Assembly: GCA_043779265.1 (NCBI GenBank)
Contig: JAYWEM010000128.1
Location: 1-62,310 of the forward strand
Origin: a bacterium
Lineage (GTDB): Bacteria > Eisenbacteria > RBG-16-71-46
Reading direction: 5' to 3'
DNA length: 62,310 nucleotides
In this document: one piece after another, positions 8,853 through 19,455 of the stretch
How positions within the stretch are numbered: position 1 is the first letter of the stretch
How the letters are laid out: each line of letters begins with the position of its first letter
Notes under the pieces: generated by a model
The model's input: only the letters and a program-made list of their open reading frames with translations
What the model was told of the DNA's origin: nothing
Database searches by the model: none
Made by a program: the position numbers and the translations under genes

Positions 8853-10172
8853 GTGGACCATCCGTTGCAGCGTCAGCTCGAGGCCCTGTGGGGCCTCGAA
8901 CGTCGGCGCGACAAGCTCGGCCTCGAAGGCACACGCACCTTGCTCGCCGCTCTCGGCGACCCGCAGGCGCGCTGGTCGGCCGTGCATGTCGCAGGCACGA
9001 ACGGCAAGGGCTCGGTGTGCGCCATCATCGAGCGCGTGCTTCGCGCCGCGGGCCTCAAGACCGGGCTCATGACATCGCCGCATCTGGTGGACTTCCGCGA
9101 GCGCATCCGCGTCTCGGGCCAGTGGCCCGACGCCGACCTGCTGAAGTCGCGCCTCGATGCGATCGCGGCGCTGCCGGGTGCCTCGGAGTTCACGTTCTTC
9201 GAAGTGACGACCGGCCTGGCGTTCGAGCACTTCGCACGAGAGCAGGTGGACTGGGGAGTGGTCGAAGTGGGCATGGGCGGGCGCCTCGACACCACCAACG
9301 TGCTGAAGCCCAAGGTGTGCGCGATCACGCAGATCGGTCTCGATCACGCCGAGGTGCTCGGTGCGACCCACTCAGCGATTGCGCTGGAGAAGGCGGGCAT
9401 CTTGAAGCCCGGGGTGCCCGCGGTCTCGGGCGTCGAGAACGATGCCGCTGCGACCGTGATCGCACGGCACGCCGAACAGGTGGGCGCCCCGCTCCATCTC
9501 GCGCGCGATGTGGTCGAGGTGAGGCAGGCCACTTACGGCGCGTGGGGCACGCGACTCGAGGTGGTGTGCGAACCGTGGGGGCGATTCCAGCTCCAACTCG
9601 CGATGCGTGGCAGCCATCAGCGCGAGAACGCACGCGTCGCGCTCGCGGTGTTGGCGCTGCTGGCGAGGCAGGGCGTGCCTCTCTCGTTGACCGCGGTGCG
9701 CGATGGATTCGCATCGGTGCGCTGGCCGGGCCGGCTCGAGCCGAGTCCGACGGTGCGGCGCCTGTGGTGGGATGGGGCGCACAACCTGGACGGCGTGCGG
9801 CGGCTCTCGCAGGCCTGGCTGGACGACATGAAGCTGGAGCCGCCCACGGCGATCGTGTTCGCGTGCGCCCGCGACAAGGACGCACGCGCCATGCTGCAGC
9901 GCCTGCACGCCATGGCGCCCGAAGCCCGGTTCGTGCTGACGCGCTCGGCGAGTGAGCGTGCGCTCGATCCGCAGACGTTGCTCGAGGCCGCGGCGCAGCT
10001 GTCGATCGCCGCCGAGAGCGCCGCCTCGGTACGAGAGGCGCTCTCGATGTTGCTCGACCACTCGCCCGATGGTCGCGGCCAGGCGGCGGGTCGCGTGCTG
10101 CTCGCGGGTTCGCTGTTCGCGGTCGGCGAGGCGATGGAAGCGTTCGGCGGCGCGCCGGGCGAGGCGGCATGA
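8853..10172 (+). CDS. folC: Folylpolyglutamate synthase/dihydrofolate synthase
   Basis: HVAGTNGKGS, TSPHLVDFRERI, EVGMGGRLDTTN, WPGRLE, DGAHN; accD-folC synteny. Confidence 0.93.
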   Translation: MDHPLQRQLEALWGLERRRDKLGLEGTRTLLAALGDPQARWSAVHVAGTNGKGSVCAIIERVLRAAGLKTGLMTSPHLVDFRERIRVSGQWPDADLLKSRLDAIAALPGASEFTFFEVTTGLAFEHFAREQVDWGVVEVGMGGRLDTTNVLKPKVCAITQIGLDHAEVLGATHSAIALEKAGILKPGVPAVSGVENDAAATVIARHAEQVGAPLHLARDVVEVRQATYGAWGTRLEVVCEPWGRFQLQLAMRGSHQRENARVALAVLALLARQGVPLSLTAVRDGFASVRWPGRLEPSPTVRRLWWDGAHNLDGVRRLSQAWLDDMKLEPPTAIVFACARDKDARAMLQRLHAMAPEARFVLTRSASERALDPQTLLEAAAQLSIAAESAASVREALSMLLDHSPDGRGQAAGRVLLAGSLFAVGEAMEAFGGAPGEAA

Positions 10173-13100
10173 GGCGCCTGCTCGCAGCGCTCGCCCTCTT
10201 GCTGCTGCTGATGCCGCTCGCGGCTCCCAGCCACGCCGCGCCTTCCGATCCGCCCTATCGCATCCAGGCCGATAACATGACCGGCGGGCGAGGCACCGAG
10301 GGCGACGTGCTGCTCCTGAACGGCAATCTCGTCGTCGAGCGAGGTCGTACGCGGCTCACGGCGGACAACGGTCGCTATATGCGGTCGAACGGCATGATCT
10401 TCCTGATGGGCCATGTCCGGCTGATCGATTCGACGGTGACGGTGACCTGCGACAACGCGTCGTTCAATGAGAACGACGACCGGCTCGACCTCGAGGGCAA
10501 CGTCGTGATCCAGGATCGCGAAGCCACACTGCGCGCTCCGATCGGATCGTGGGATCGCGGCACCGGTGTCGCCCGACTGCTGGGCGGCGTGAACGGTGTC
10601 GATCGCAAGCAGCGCTTCTTCGCCAATGAGGCCGAGTACGATCGCGAACGCGGCCGGATCCTGGCGAAGGGCCGGGTCAAGGGGCTCGACGAGGAGAACC
10701 GGCTCGAGCTGGATGCGGACAACGTGGACTACGACCGGACGACGCGCGTCGCGATCGCGACTGGGGATCCCGTGCTGCGCCAGCGAGACGGCGATGGCCG
10801 CGTCAGCCTGCTGCGCGCGCTGCGGCTGCGCGTCGACAGTGTGCGCAAGACCGCCGAGGCGATCGACTCGGTGCGGATCGAGCGCGACACGCTGCGTGCC
10901 TCGGCCCAATACGCGTTCTTCGATGACTCGACCGGCCGTGGGCTGCTGCTCGGGCAGCCGAGGGCCTGGGACGACGAGACCACAGTCTCGGGCGACACGC
11001 TCGAGACGTGGTCGGAGGATCGCAAACTGAAGAAGGTGGTCGTGCTGGGGCACGCCGCCATGGACTACGCCGGGCTGCGCGAGTCGAACCAGGGCGAGAC
11101 GAGCCGCCTGACCGGGCAACGCATCGAGGCGTTCCTCACCGAGGACCGCATCGACTCGCTGATCGCGCTTGGCGAAGCGAGGAACGCGTATGCGGCCGCG
11201 CCTCGTGACGGCAAGACGCCCGAGACGAACTCGGCGCAGGGCGACACCATCCGCGTGCTGTTCAAGGGCAAGAAGATCGATCGCGCCCGCGTGACCGGAC
11301 AGGCGCGCGGCGAGTACCGCCCGCCGATGGCGCTCGAGGACTCGCTCGGCATCTTGGCCGAGGTCATCCGCTACGAGGGCAAGGCGATCGAGTTCGAGGT
11401 GCCCAAGGATCGCATCGTCCTCGACGGCGATGCGCACCTGACGTACCGCGAGATGGAACTGAACGCGCGCCGCGTCGTGTTCGACAGCAAGAAGCAGACG
11501 CTGGTCGCCGAGGGCAAGCCGCAGTTGGTCGACAAGGGCGACCGGCTCGATGGCCATCTCATGAGCTACGACCTCGAGAGCCGCACCGGCACGATCTACG
11601 AGGCGAAGACCGCCTACGAGCGAGGGCTCTATCACGGCTCGCGCATCCGCAAGGTGGGCGATGACGAGTTGCACGTCCTCGACGGGCGATACAGCACCTG
11701 CGACCTCGACTCACCCCACTATCACTTCTCCGCGAGGTGGATGAAGATCTATCTCAAGGACAAGCTGGTGGCGAAGCCCGTCGTGTTCTACCTGCGCAAC
11801 GTGCCGATCCTGGCGCTGCCGTTCTACGTGTTCCCGATCAAGCCGGGGCGGCACTCCGGGTTCCTGTTCCCGCAATTCGAGTTCGGCTTCAGCGACCGGA
11901 CGGGGCAGTTCGTGCGCAATGCGGGCTACTACTGGGCGCCGAACGACTACCTCGATGTCAGCGCCGCGGTGGACTACTACCAAGCGCAGCCGGCCTGGCT
12001 CACGCGGCTCGAGGGCAACTATAAATTGCTCTACGGCTTCGAGGGCCGCGTCGACTTCCGCTTCCAGCGCGATCAGTCCAATGAGCGTGACGATTACGTG
12101 TTCCAGTCGAGCCACGTCCAGGAAGTCACGCCTCGCACTCGCCTCGTCGCGCGCGGTGACTTCGTCTCGAGTCGCGACTTCAGCGGCGATCCGCTCTCGG
12201 GCGGCACGCTCGCCCAGCGCCTCAATCGATTCCTCACTTCGACGCTCACCGTCACGCACGCCGCGGACTGGGCGGCCTTCAACGTCGTGCTCGACCGTCG
12301 CCAGGATCTCGACGCCGCGGTCTCGATCCTGGACCGAGACGGTGAGGGCCCGCTCCAGGGCCCTCGGCCCGGCACGCAGGCATCGCTGCCGTCGCTGACG
12401 CAGGCCGAGCCGAGGCTCTCGGTCAGCTTCCCGACGCGCACGATCGGCAGCGCCTCGTGGCTCAAAGACACGCCGTTCGCGAACACATTCAAGAGCACGT
12501 ACTTCTCGATGAGCGCGCGCTTCACATCGTCGCGCACGGAGCGGTCGTTCGTCGATGGCTACCGCCACTTCCTCAATGCCGACAGTCTTGCCGATTCGAC
12601 GACGACGCTCGCCACGCGCAACACGCTCCGGCGCGGGTTCGGCTCCAATCTCAGTCTGAGCGACTCGAGGCGGCTGTTCGGCTGGCTCAACTTCGCGCCG
12701 AACGTCTCGGCACAGGCCGTCGTCTTCGATTTCGATGAGACGGGGCGCACGATCGTGCCGGCGGGCGTGTTCAGCAGCGGTGCCGGGATGGGCATGTCGT
12801 TGTTCCGATCGCTGCGAACTCCAGTGAAGGCGCTCGGACTGCGGCACATCGTCTCTCCGACGCTGTCGGTGCAGTACGCGCCCGAGTTCCGAGGGTTGCA
12901 GTTCACCGACACGCTCGGCGTCCGCCGCAACCGGTTCAATCCGTTCAGCGATATCGGCATCTCGGGATTCGAGGTTGGCCGATTGTCGTTCGGTCTCGAT
13001 CAGCGACTGCAGGCCAAGTGGACGGACGGCGACAAGGTGACGCGGCTCGACAACCTGCTCGCACTGAGTTCCTCGGGCAGCTACAACCTGCTGTGGCGCA

Positions 13101-13675
13101 AGCAGGGGCAGACGCGCGGACTGTCGCCGATCAGCAACGTGCTGCGCATCCAGCCGCCCGGCTATCTCTCGGGCGACATCAATGCGGTCGTCGACCCGCT
13201 CCTCGGGCGGCCGCTGCGCAGTCTCGGCACCAACATCGGCTTCCATCTCGCCAGCTCCGGCGCCAAGGCGGGGCAGAAGGCGCAGCTCGCCACGGATGCG
13301 ACGAGGCCCGCCGGCACGGTTGCCGCCGCCGAGGAGTTCCGTGAGAGCTGGCGGTTGTCGAGCGCGCTGTCGCACGCAGGCGGCTACGCGGGTCCTTCGT
13401 GGCGCACGCAGACGGCGCTCAATGCATCGCTCAGCTACCAGTTCACGCCGAATTGGCGATTCGACTACTCCACCTACTACGACCTGACGCTGGGCGAGCC
13501 GGTCGCGCAGACCTTGAACATCACTCGCCGCATCCATTGTTGGGACGCTTCGTTCACACGGTCGTTCGCACCTGGCAGCGGTGCGGAGTACTACTTCCGA
13601 CTCGGCATCACCGAACAGCGCGAGGTCTACTACGAACGGGGCTCGCGCGTTCAGAGCTTCGGCGGCATTCAGTAG
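10169..13675 (+). CDS. lptD: LPS assembly protein LptD with long N-terminal OstA/LptA-like beta-jellyroll extension
   Basis: Signal peptide; [36 protein letters not shown] LptD motifs; about 390 extra N-terminal residues of OstA-like repeats. Confidence 0.8.
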   Translation: MRRLLAALALLLLLMPLAAPSHAAPSDPPYRIQADNMTGGRGTEGDVLLLNGNLVVERGRTRLTADNGRYMRSNGMIFLMGHVRLIDSTVTVTCDNASFNENDDRLDLEGNVVIQDREATLRAPIGSWDRGTGVARLLGGVNGVDRKQRFFANEAEYDRERGRILAKGRVKGLDEENRLELDADNVDYDRTTRVAIATGDPVLRQRDGDGRVSLLRALRLRVDSVRKTAEAIDSVRIERDTLRASAQYAFFDDSTGRGLLLGQPRAWDDETTVSGDTLETWSEDRKLKKVVVLGHAAMDYAGLRESNQGETSRLTGQRIEAFLTEDRIDSLIALGEARNAYAAAPRDGKTPETNSAQGDTIRVLFKGKKIDRARVTGQARGEYRPPMALEDSLGILAEVIRYEGKAIEFEVPKDRIVLDGDAHLTYREMELNARRVVFDSKKQTLVAEGKPQLVDKGDRLDGHLMSYDLESRTGTIYEAKTAYERGLYHGSRIRKVGDDELHVLDGRYSTCDLDSPHYHFSARWMKIYLKDKLVAKPVVFYLRNVPILALPFYVFPIKPGRHSGFLFPQFEFGFSDRTGQFVRNAGYYWAPNDYLDVSAAVDYYQAQPAWLTRLEGNYKLLYGFEGRVDFRFQRDQSNERDDYVFQSSHVQEVTPRTRLVARGDFVSSRDFSGDPLSGGTLAQRLNRFLTSTLTVTHAADWAAFNVVLDRRQDLDAAVSILDRDGEGPLQGPRPGTQASLPSLTQAEPRLSVSFPTRTIGSASWLKDTPFANTFKSTYFSMSARFTSSRTERSFVDGYRHFLNADSLADSTTTLATRNTLRRGFGSNLSLSDSRRLFGWLNFAPNVSAQAVVFDFDETGRTIVPAGVFSSGAGMGMSLFRSLRTPVKALGLRHIVSPTLSVQYAPEFRGLQFTDTLGVRRNRFNPFSDIGISGFEVGRLSFGLDQRLQAKWTDGDKVTRLDNLLALSSSGSYNLLWRKQGQTRGLSPISNVLRIQPPGYLSGDINAVVDPLLGRPLRSLGTNIGFHLASSGAKAGQKAQLATDATRPAGTVAAAEEFRESWRLSSALSHAGGYAGPSWRTQTALNASLSYQFTPNWRFDYSTYYDLTLGEPVAQTLNITRRIHCWDASFTRSFAPGSGAEYYFRLGITEQREVYYERGSRVQSFGGIQ

Positions 13676-13697
13676 AACGTCGCCGCGAGGAGCCCCG

Positions 13698-16046
13698 ATG
13701 TCCTTCGTGCCCCTGCAGTCGATCCGACGTGAGAGCGAGTCGCCGCCCGACATCACCGAGACGCTGCGCCTGCGCATCTCGGGGATGCACTGCGCCTCGT
13801 GCGTCACGCGTGTCGAGCAGGCGTTATCGGGCGTGGACGGCGTGGCGGCTGCGAGCGCCAATCTGGCCACCATGCGCGCCGAAGTGCAGCTGTCGCATCC
13901 GGTCGAAGCCGCCAGCTTCGCCGAGGCCGTGCGTGGAGCGGGATACGACGCGCATGTCGTCACCTCGCCCGTCGCCGATGACGCCGAGGAGCGCGCTCGC
14001 GCCGCCGAGGTGAACGAGACGAAGCGGCGCTTCCTGGTCGCCGCCATCTTCGCCGTGCCGGTGATGGTGCTCGGGCATCTCATGCTCATCCCCGGGGCGC
14101 CCGCGATCGACCCGCAGCGATCGAACCTGATCCAGTTGCTGTTGGCCTCCGTCGTCCAGTGGGGGGCAGGCTGGCCGTTCGTGCGTGGCGCCTGGCGAGG
14201 GCTGTCGCGCCGAGCTCCGGACATGGACACGCTCGTCGGGCTCGGCACGCTGACCGCCTATGGCTACTCGCTCGTCGCGACGCTCGCGCCCGCGTGGGTG
14301 GCCGATCCGCATGCGGCGCATGCAGGCGCGGCGCACACCTACTTCGATACCGCGGTCACGATCGTCACGTTGATCCTGCTCGGGCGGCTGCTCGAAGCGC
14401 GCGCCAAGGCGGGCGCCTCGCGCGCGATGCGCGGCCTGCTCGACCTGCGGCCCCGCATCGCACGGCTCCTGCGGGCGGAGGGCGAGTCGGTCGATCTCGA
14501 ACGCGAGACGCCACTCGATGCGATCCGCGTCGGCGACGAACTGCTGGTGCGCCCGGGCGAGCGCGTCCCGGTCGATGGCGTCGTTGTGGACGGACGCTCG
14601 GCGGTCGATCGATCGATGCTGACCGGAGAGCCCATCCCGGTCGAGGTTGCGCCCGGCTCGCGGGTGACCGGCGCGACGCTCAACACGAACGGCTCGTTCC
14701 GCCTGCGCGCCGAGCGTGTCGGCGCGGAGGCGATGCTCATGCAGATCGTGAGCGCGGTCGAGCGTGCCCAGGCGAGCAAGGCCAAGGTGCAGCATCTGGC
14801 GGACCGCATCGCCTCGGTGTTCGTGCCCATCGTGCTCGTGATCGCGCTGGTCGCCGGCATTGCCTGGGCGATGAGCGGCGCGGGTCTTGCCCAGTCGCTG
14901 CTGCCCGTGATCGCGGTGCTGATCGTCGCATGCCCCTGTGCGCTCGGACTGGCGACGCCCACCGCGCTCATCGTCGCGACCGGCCGAGGCGCCGAGTTGG
15001 GGCTCCTCGCGCGCGGTGCCGAGGCGCTGGAGGCAGGTGAGCAGATCGACACCGTGGTGTTCGACAAGACGGGCACGCTGACGAGGGGCGCACCGCAGAT
15101 CACGGCGGTCGTGCCAGCGGCGGGCGTGACCGAAGAGACGGTGCTGCGAGCCGCTGCGACCGCCGAATCGAGAAGCGAGCACCCGCTCGCGCTGGCGGTG
15201 GTCCGTGGAGCCCGCGAGCGCGGCGTCGAGCCGGCGCCGCTCGAGGACTTCGGCGCGACGCCGGGCCTCGGCGTGTTCGCGTTGTCCGCGGGTCGCGCCA
15301 TCGCCGTCGGCAGCGATGCGTTCGTCGCCGAGTACGGCGCCGATCCCAGCGTGCTCGCCGCCGATCGCGAGCGGCTCGAGTCCGAGGGCCGAACGGTGAT
15401 CGCCGTCTGCGAACAGGGCGCGATGCTCGGGCTGATCGCACTCGCCGACACGCTCCGCCCCGAGGCGAGGGCAGTCGTCGAGGCCCTGGGCGCCGATGGC
15501 CGTGCCGTGTGGATGCTGACGGGAGACGCGCTGGCACCGGCTCGGGTGATGGCACGCGCCGCGGGCATTGCCGAATCGCACGTGCTCGCGAATGTGCGCC
15601 CCAATGAGAAGCGCGCGCGCATCGCCCAACTGCGCGCCTCGGGCCGCCGCGTCGCGATGGTGGGTGATGGGCTCAACGATGCACCCGCGCTGGCGGAGGC
15701 TGACCTCGGGTTGGCGATGGCGAGCGCGACCGATGTGGCGATGCAGGCCAGCGGCATCACGCTCCTGAGAGGCGATCTGACCGCGGTGCCGGACGCCCTG
15801 GCCCTGGCGCGTCGCACGCTGCAGGTGATCCGGCAGAACCTGTTCTGGGCGTTCCTCTACAACATCGTGCTCATCCCGGTGGCCGCGGGCGTACTGGTGC
15901 CGCTGATGCGCCAAGGTGGCCCGATCGGTCCTTTGTTCGGCTGGCAGGGGGGACTCCACCCCATGCTCGCCTCGCTCGCCATGGCGCTCTCGAGTGTCTC
16001 GGTCGTGCTGTCCTCGTTGCGGTTGCGGCGGTTCCGGGGCGCCTGA
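13698..16046 (+). CDS. copA: Cu(I)/Ag(I)-translocating P1B-1 ATPase
   Basis: GMHCASC HMA domain, [37 protein letters not shown] and MxxSS transmembrane ligands. Confidence 0.9.
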   Translation: MSFVPLQSIRRESESPPDITETLRLRISGMHCASCVTRVEQALSGVDGVAAASANLATMRAEVQLSHPVEAASFAEAVRGAGYDAHVVTSPVADDAEERARAAEVNETKRRFLVAAIFAVPVMVLGHLMLIPGAPAIDPQRSNLIQLLLASVVQWGAGWPFVRGAWRGLSRRAPDMDTLVGLGTLTAYGYSLVATLAPAWVADPHAAHAGAAHTYFDTAVTIVTLILLGRLLEARAKAGASRAMRGLLDLRPRIARLLRAEGESVDLERETPLDAIRVGDELLVRPGERVPVDGVVVDGRSAVDRSMLTGEPIPVEVAPGSRVTGATLNTNGSFRLRAERVGAEAMLMQIVSAVERAQASKAKVQHLADRIASVFVPIVLVIALVAGIAWAMSGAGLAQSLLPVIAVLIVACPCALGLATPTALIVATGRGAELGLLARGAEALEAGEQIDTVVFDKTGTLTRGAPQITAVVPAAGVTEETVLRAAATAESRSEHPLALAVVRGARERGVEPAPLEDFGATPGLGVFALSAGRAIAVGSDAFVAEYGADPSVLAADRERLESEGRTVIAVCEQGAMLGLIALADTLRPEARAVVEALGADGRAVWMLTGDALAPARVMARAAGIAESHVLANVRPNEKRARIAQLRASGRRVAMVGDGLNDAPALAEADLGLAMASATDVAMQASGITLLRGDLTAVPDALALARRTLQVIRQNLFWAFLYNIVLIPVAAGVLVPLMRQGGPIGPLFGWQGGLHPMLASLAMALSSVSVVLSSLRLRRFRGA

Positions 16047-16141
16047 GGCCGGATCCCCGAGGTCAGGGCTCGGTGAGGAATCGGGCCCCGCTCGAGTGGA
16101 GGCTGGCGTCGAACCCCGGCCATCCCGATAATCCCCGCACG

Positions 16142-16561
16142 ATGAGATCGCGTCGCCCTCCATTCCTGCGCGTGTTGTTCGCTTTCGTGTTCGCCCTGGT
16201 CCTGCCAGTGGCGGCCTCGCATTGCGCGACGATGTCGCTCAGGGCCACGTCGGACAGCGGTGACAGCGCCATGGGGATGCGCGCCGACCACTCGTGCTGC
16301 GTCAGTGGCACCAGGGCCGGCGATCGCGCGATGCCGGTGAGCGAATCGGATTGTGTCTGCGTCGGACTGCCGTCGGCGACGGCGCCCTCGACGCTCTCAC
16401 TGGACGCCCCGGATGTACTCGAGATGGCGATTCTCCTGGCCGCGGCGCTCAACCCGCCGACGTTGCCCTCGCTCCCGCGCACGCCGCGTTCGAGCGAACC
16501 GCCGCTTGTCGTATGCGAGGCCAACGGCCTCTGGCTGCGCGGCCCGCCCGCACAGGGCTGA
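16142..16561 (+). CDS. Small exported Cys-rich protein with C-terminal RGPP motif (DUF2946/CutF/CruR-like leader)
   Basis: Signal-like N-terminus, HSCC and CVC motifs, Pro-rich tail ending WLRGPPAQG; lies immediately upstream of the efflux operon. Confidence 0.65.
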   Translation: MRSRRPPFLRVLFAFVFALVLPVAASHCATMSLRATSDSGDSAMGMRADHSCCVSGTRAGDRAMPVSESDCVCVGLPSATAPSTLSLDAPDVLEMAILLAAALNPPTLPSLPRTPRSSEPPLVVCEANGLWLRGPPAQG

Positions 16562-16663
16562 TCCCGCTCCGTCCACTCCGATCGAGGGACCCGCTTCGCG
16601 TCCGTGCGCGGCGCTGACACGCTCCTCTGCCATCCGCGCAGTGAGAGCCCGGGAGAAGACCTA

Positions 16664-17977
16664 GTGAATCCGATGCTGTCCGCCGCGCTCGTCGCGGCTC
16701 TCATGGCCACCGCCTCACACGCCGCGTCGCTGCCCGAGACGCTGACGCTCGAGTCCGCGGAAGCGCTCGCGTTGGCCTCGGCGCGGCCCGAGCGCCGCGC
16801 CGCCTCGGCCGCACTCGATCTCGCGAGGGCCGAGTCGCTCTCAGTCCGTGCAGCTGCCCCGATCGAGTGGTCGGTGATGCACGCGCGTGCCGGCGAGTCG
16901 TTCGCAGGTGGGGAGTCGCGCGCCTGGGAGCTCGAGGTCTCCAGGGAGTTCGATCCGTGGGGCCGTCGCTCGCTCGCCACGCAACGCGCCGGGCTCGAGA
17001 GCCAGTCGGCGAACCTCGCGGGTGCGGCACTCGACTCGCGACTGCGGATCGAGGCGCACGCCGCGTTGCGTGAGGCGGCCTTCGCCGAGCGGCGCCTCGC
17101 ACGGCTCGAAGCGCTCGCGATGGGCGAACGGCGGCTGGCCGGGCGTGTCGCCGCTCGTGTCGCCGAGGGCTCGATGACGGCACTGGAAGGACGGCTCGCC
17201 GTGCTCGAGCGTGCCAGTGTCGAGGCGCAGGTCTCGCGAGCCGAGGCGGCGCATGTGGCGGCGCGGTCGTCGCTCGCCCGCTCGCTCGGCGTGACGGATG
17301 CGGCGTGGGCGATGCGGGTCCAGCTCGAGGTGAGCAGCGCACTCGATACGACGAGTGGCGCGATCGATCTCGACCGGCTTCTCGAGGCGCGTCCGGATCT
17401 GGCCGAGGCGAAGTCGCACGTCGCGGCCGCCGAGGCGGGCGAGCGGCAGTCGGCGCTCGCGGGACGCCCGGGCCTGACGCTGTCGATCGGCGCCAGCGTC
17501 GAGTCCTCGGAGTCCGGCGCCGATGTCTTCCTCGGCGACGCGGGCGGGCTGACGGGACTGCGTGAGGACGATCGCGGGCTTTCGGCGCGCGTCAGCGCGC
17601 TGTGGCCGGGCGCAGCGAGCGCCCGCGCCGAACGAGCGGCCGCGACGGCCGCGAGGGCCCGCGCCGGGGCCGAGCTCGCCGTGCTCGATGCCGATCTGCG
17701 GTCCGACGCGCGGGCCGCGCACGCCGCATTCGTGCGGGCGGCTCGGACGGCTCACGCCTGGCGTGCCCTGAGCACTCAGGCCGAGGGCGATCTCGAACGA
17801 GTGCGCGCCGCCTATGCGGATGGTCGCCTGCCGCATGCCGACTACGTCTCGCTCCGCCGTCAGTTGGTGGACGCGGTGCGCGACGCGCTGGAGATGGAAG
17901 AAGCTCATTGGACGACGCGCGCCGCTTTCGAGCGCGCCATCGGCACGACACTCGAGAAGTCGGGGGAGGTGAGGTGA
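16664..17977 (+). CDS. TolC/CzcC family outer membrane efflux protein
   Basis: Signal peptide, RPDL and YADG motifs, helical repeats; first gene of the OMF-MFP-RND triad; start approximate. Confidence 0.8.
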   Translation: MNPMLSAALVAALMATASHAASLPETLTLESAEALALASARPERRAASAALDLARAESLSVRAAAPIEWSVMHARAGESFAGGESRAWELEVSREFDPWGRRSLATQRAGLESQSANLAGAALDSRLRIEAHAALREAAFAERRLARLEALAMGERRLAGRVAARVAEGSMTALEGRLAVLERASVEAQVSRAEAAHVAARSSLARSLGVTDAAWAMRVQLEVSSALDTTSGAIDLDRLLEARPDLAEAKSHVAAAEAGERQSALAGRPGLTLSIGASVESSESGADVFLGDAGGLTGLREDDRGLSARVSALWPGAASARAERAAATAARARAGAELAVLDADLRSDARAAHAAFVRAARTAHAWRALSTQAEGDLERVRAAYADGRLPHADYVSLRRQLVDAVRDALEMEEAHWTTRAAFERAIGTTLEKSGEVR

Positions 17978-19455
17978 TGGACCGGTTCCGCATCGTCGTC
18001 GGGGTGTGGCTCACCCTGTTGCTGCCGATCGCCGCGATCGCGCACGAAGGACACGTCCACGCCGAACTCGAAGGAGCCGCTCCCGCGGCGGCGGTGGCGA
18101 TCACGCGCTCGGCCTCCTCGCAGCGGCACGAAGTCGTGATGCGAGCGCCCGCGCTGCGTCCGAAATCGGAGGCCAAGATCGACCTCTACGTGAGCGACTG
18201 GGCGACGAACGCTCCGGTCACCGGCGCAACGGTGATGATCGAGTTGCGTCCGAAGGAGCGAGCCTCGGATGGGACGCGGCTCGAGGCGAAGCCCGAGGCC
18301 GCCGGGGTCTACGCTGCGGAGATGAACTTGCCCGAGACCGGCGACTACAACGTGCTCGTCACGGTGCGCTCGGGCTCGGGGACGGATGAGTTCGCGCTCG
18401 CCTCCGTACGAGTCGAGCCGGCCCCGCCCGAGGCGAGAGGCGCGTGGCCCCCGCTGCTGCTCGTGGCTGGCGCCGCGCTCTCGCTGGTCGCGCTCATCCT
18501 GCTGGCGGCGTTCATCAGCCGGCGATGGCGCGCCCGCAGCGCGGTGGGCGCGCTGATGCTGCTCGGCCTGCTCGGTTCCGCTGCCTCGGCTCACGAGGGT
18601 CACTCGCATGCCGCCGCGGAGCCCGAGGCTGTCGTCACCGAGAGCGAGCACGTCCAGATGCTCAAGCCCTCTCAGTTCCTGCTCGGGGTGCGCACTCAGG
18701 TCGTGCGGCTCGAGCGCGTGCCGATGCAGGTGTCACTGCTCGGCCGAGTCGCGCCCAGGGGCGGCGCCGAGGTCGAAGTCGTGGCGCCGCAGGGCGGCCG
18801 CGTCGATCTGGCGAACGGGCGTGTCCCGGTGCTGGGGGAACACATCGTGCGCGGCCAACTGCTCGCACACCTCGTGGTCGTCGACTCGCTGGCGATCCGC
18901 GCGCCGATCGGCGGCGTCATCACCGGAGCGCATGTCGTGCACGGTCAGCGTGTGGAAGCGGGGCAGAAGCTCGTCTCTCTCCTCGATGCCTCGACCGTGT
19001 GGGTGCACGCGGATGTCTACGAGCGCGATCTCGCCGCAGTCGAGCGCGCCACGCGGGCCATCGTCACCAGTGACGCGTGGCCGGGCGAGCGGTTCACGGG
19101 CCGCCGTGTCGCACTGGGCGCCACGGCGAGCGAGTTGCCGGGAACGATCGAGGGCTGGTTCGAAGTTCCCAATCCGCGCGGCAAGCTGCGCGTCGGATTG
19201 CCGGTCTCGGTCGCGGTCGAACTCGGCGGCGCCGAACTGCTCACCGTGCTCCCGCGCGGAGCCGTGTTGGAGGACGCCGGGCGCGCCACGGTGTGGCTGC
19301 ACGAGTCGCCCGAGGAGTTCGCCTCGCGCCGGGTGGAGATCGTCGTCCGATTGGGCGACCGACTGGCGGTGCGCGGACTGCGTGACGGCGAACGTGCGGT
19401 GGTCGCCGGCGCACCGGCCATTGCAGCGCTGCCGCGCGTGAGCGAGGAGCACTAG
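17977..19455 (+). CDS. Efflux RND periplasmic adaptor (CusB/CzcB-like) with His-rich N-terminal extra domain
   Basis: IRAPIGGVI, GQRVEAGQKL, VWVHADVYERDL, GKLRVGL, GLRDGERAVV; two AHEGH motifs. Confidence 0.85.
   Translation: MDRFRIVVGVWLTLLLPIAAIAHEGHVHAELEGAAPAAAVAITRSASSQRHEVVMRAPALRPKSEAKIDLYVSDWATNAPVTGATVMIELRPKERASDGTRLEAKPEAAGVYAAEMNLPETGDYNVLVTVRSGSGTDEFALASVRVEPAPPEARGAWPPLLLVAGAALSLVALILLAAFISRRWRARSAVGALMLLGLLGSAASAHEGHSHAAAEPEAVVTESEHVQMLKPSQFLLGVRTQVVRLERVPMQVSLLGRVAPRGGAEVEVVAPQGGRVDLANGRVPVLGEHIVRGQLLAHLVVVDSLAIRAPIGGVITGAHVVHGQRVEAGQKLVSLLDASTVWVHADVYERDLAAVERATRAIVTSDAWPGERFTGRRVALGATASELPGTIEGWFEVPNPRGKLRVGLPVSVAVELGGAELLTVLPRGAVLEDAGRATVWLHESPEEFASRRVEIVVRLGDRLAVRGLRDGERAVVAGAPAIAALPRVSEEH

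Noticed and set aside
16559-16663. The TGA of the RGPP leader is in frame with the tolC-like gene with no further stop (possible read-through or Sec fusion)
   Set aside because: No Cys/Sec-type context; tolC has its own RBS and signal peptide; open in-frame spacers are common at about 70% GC.
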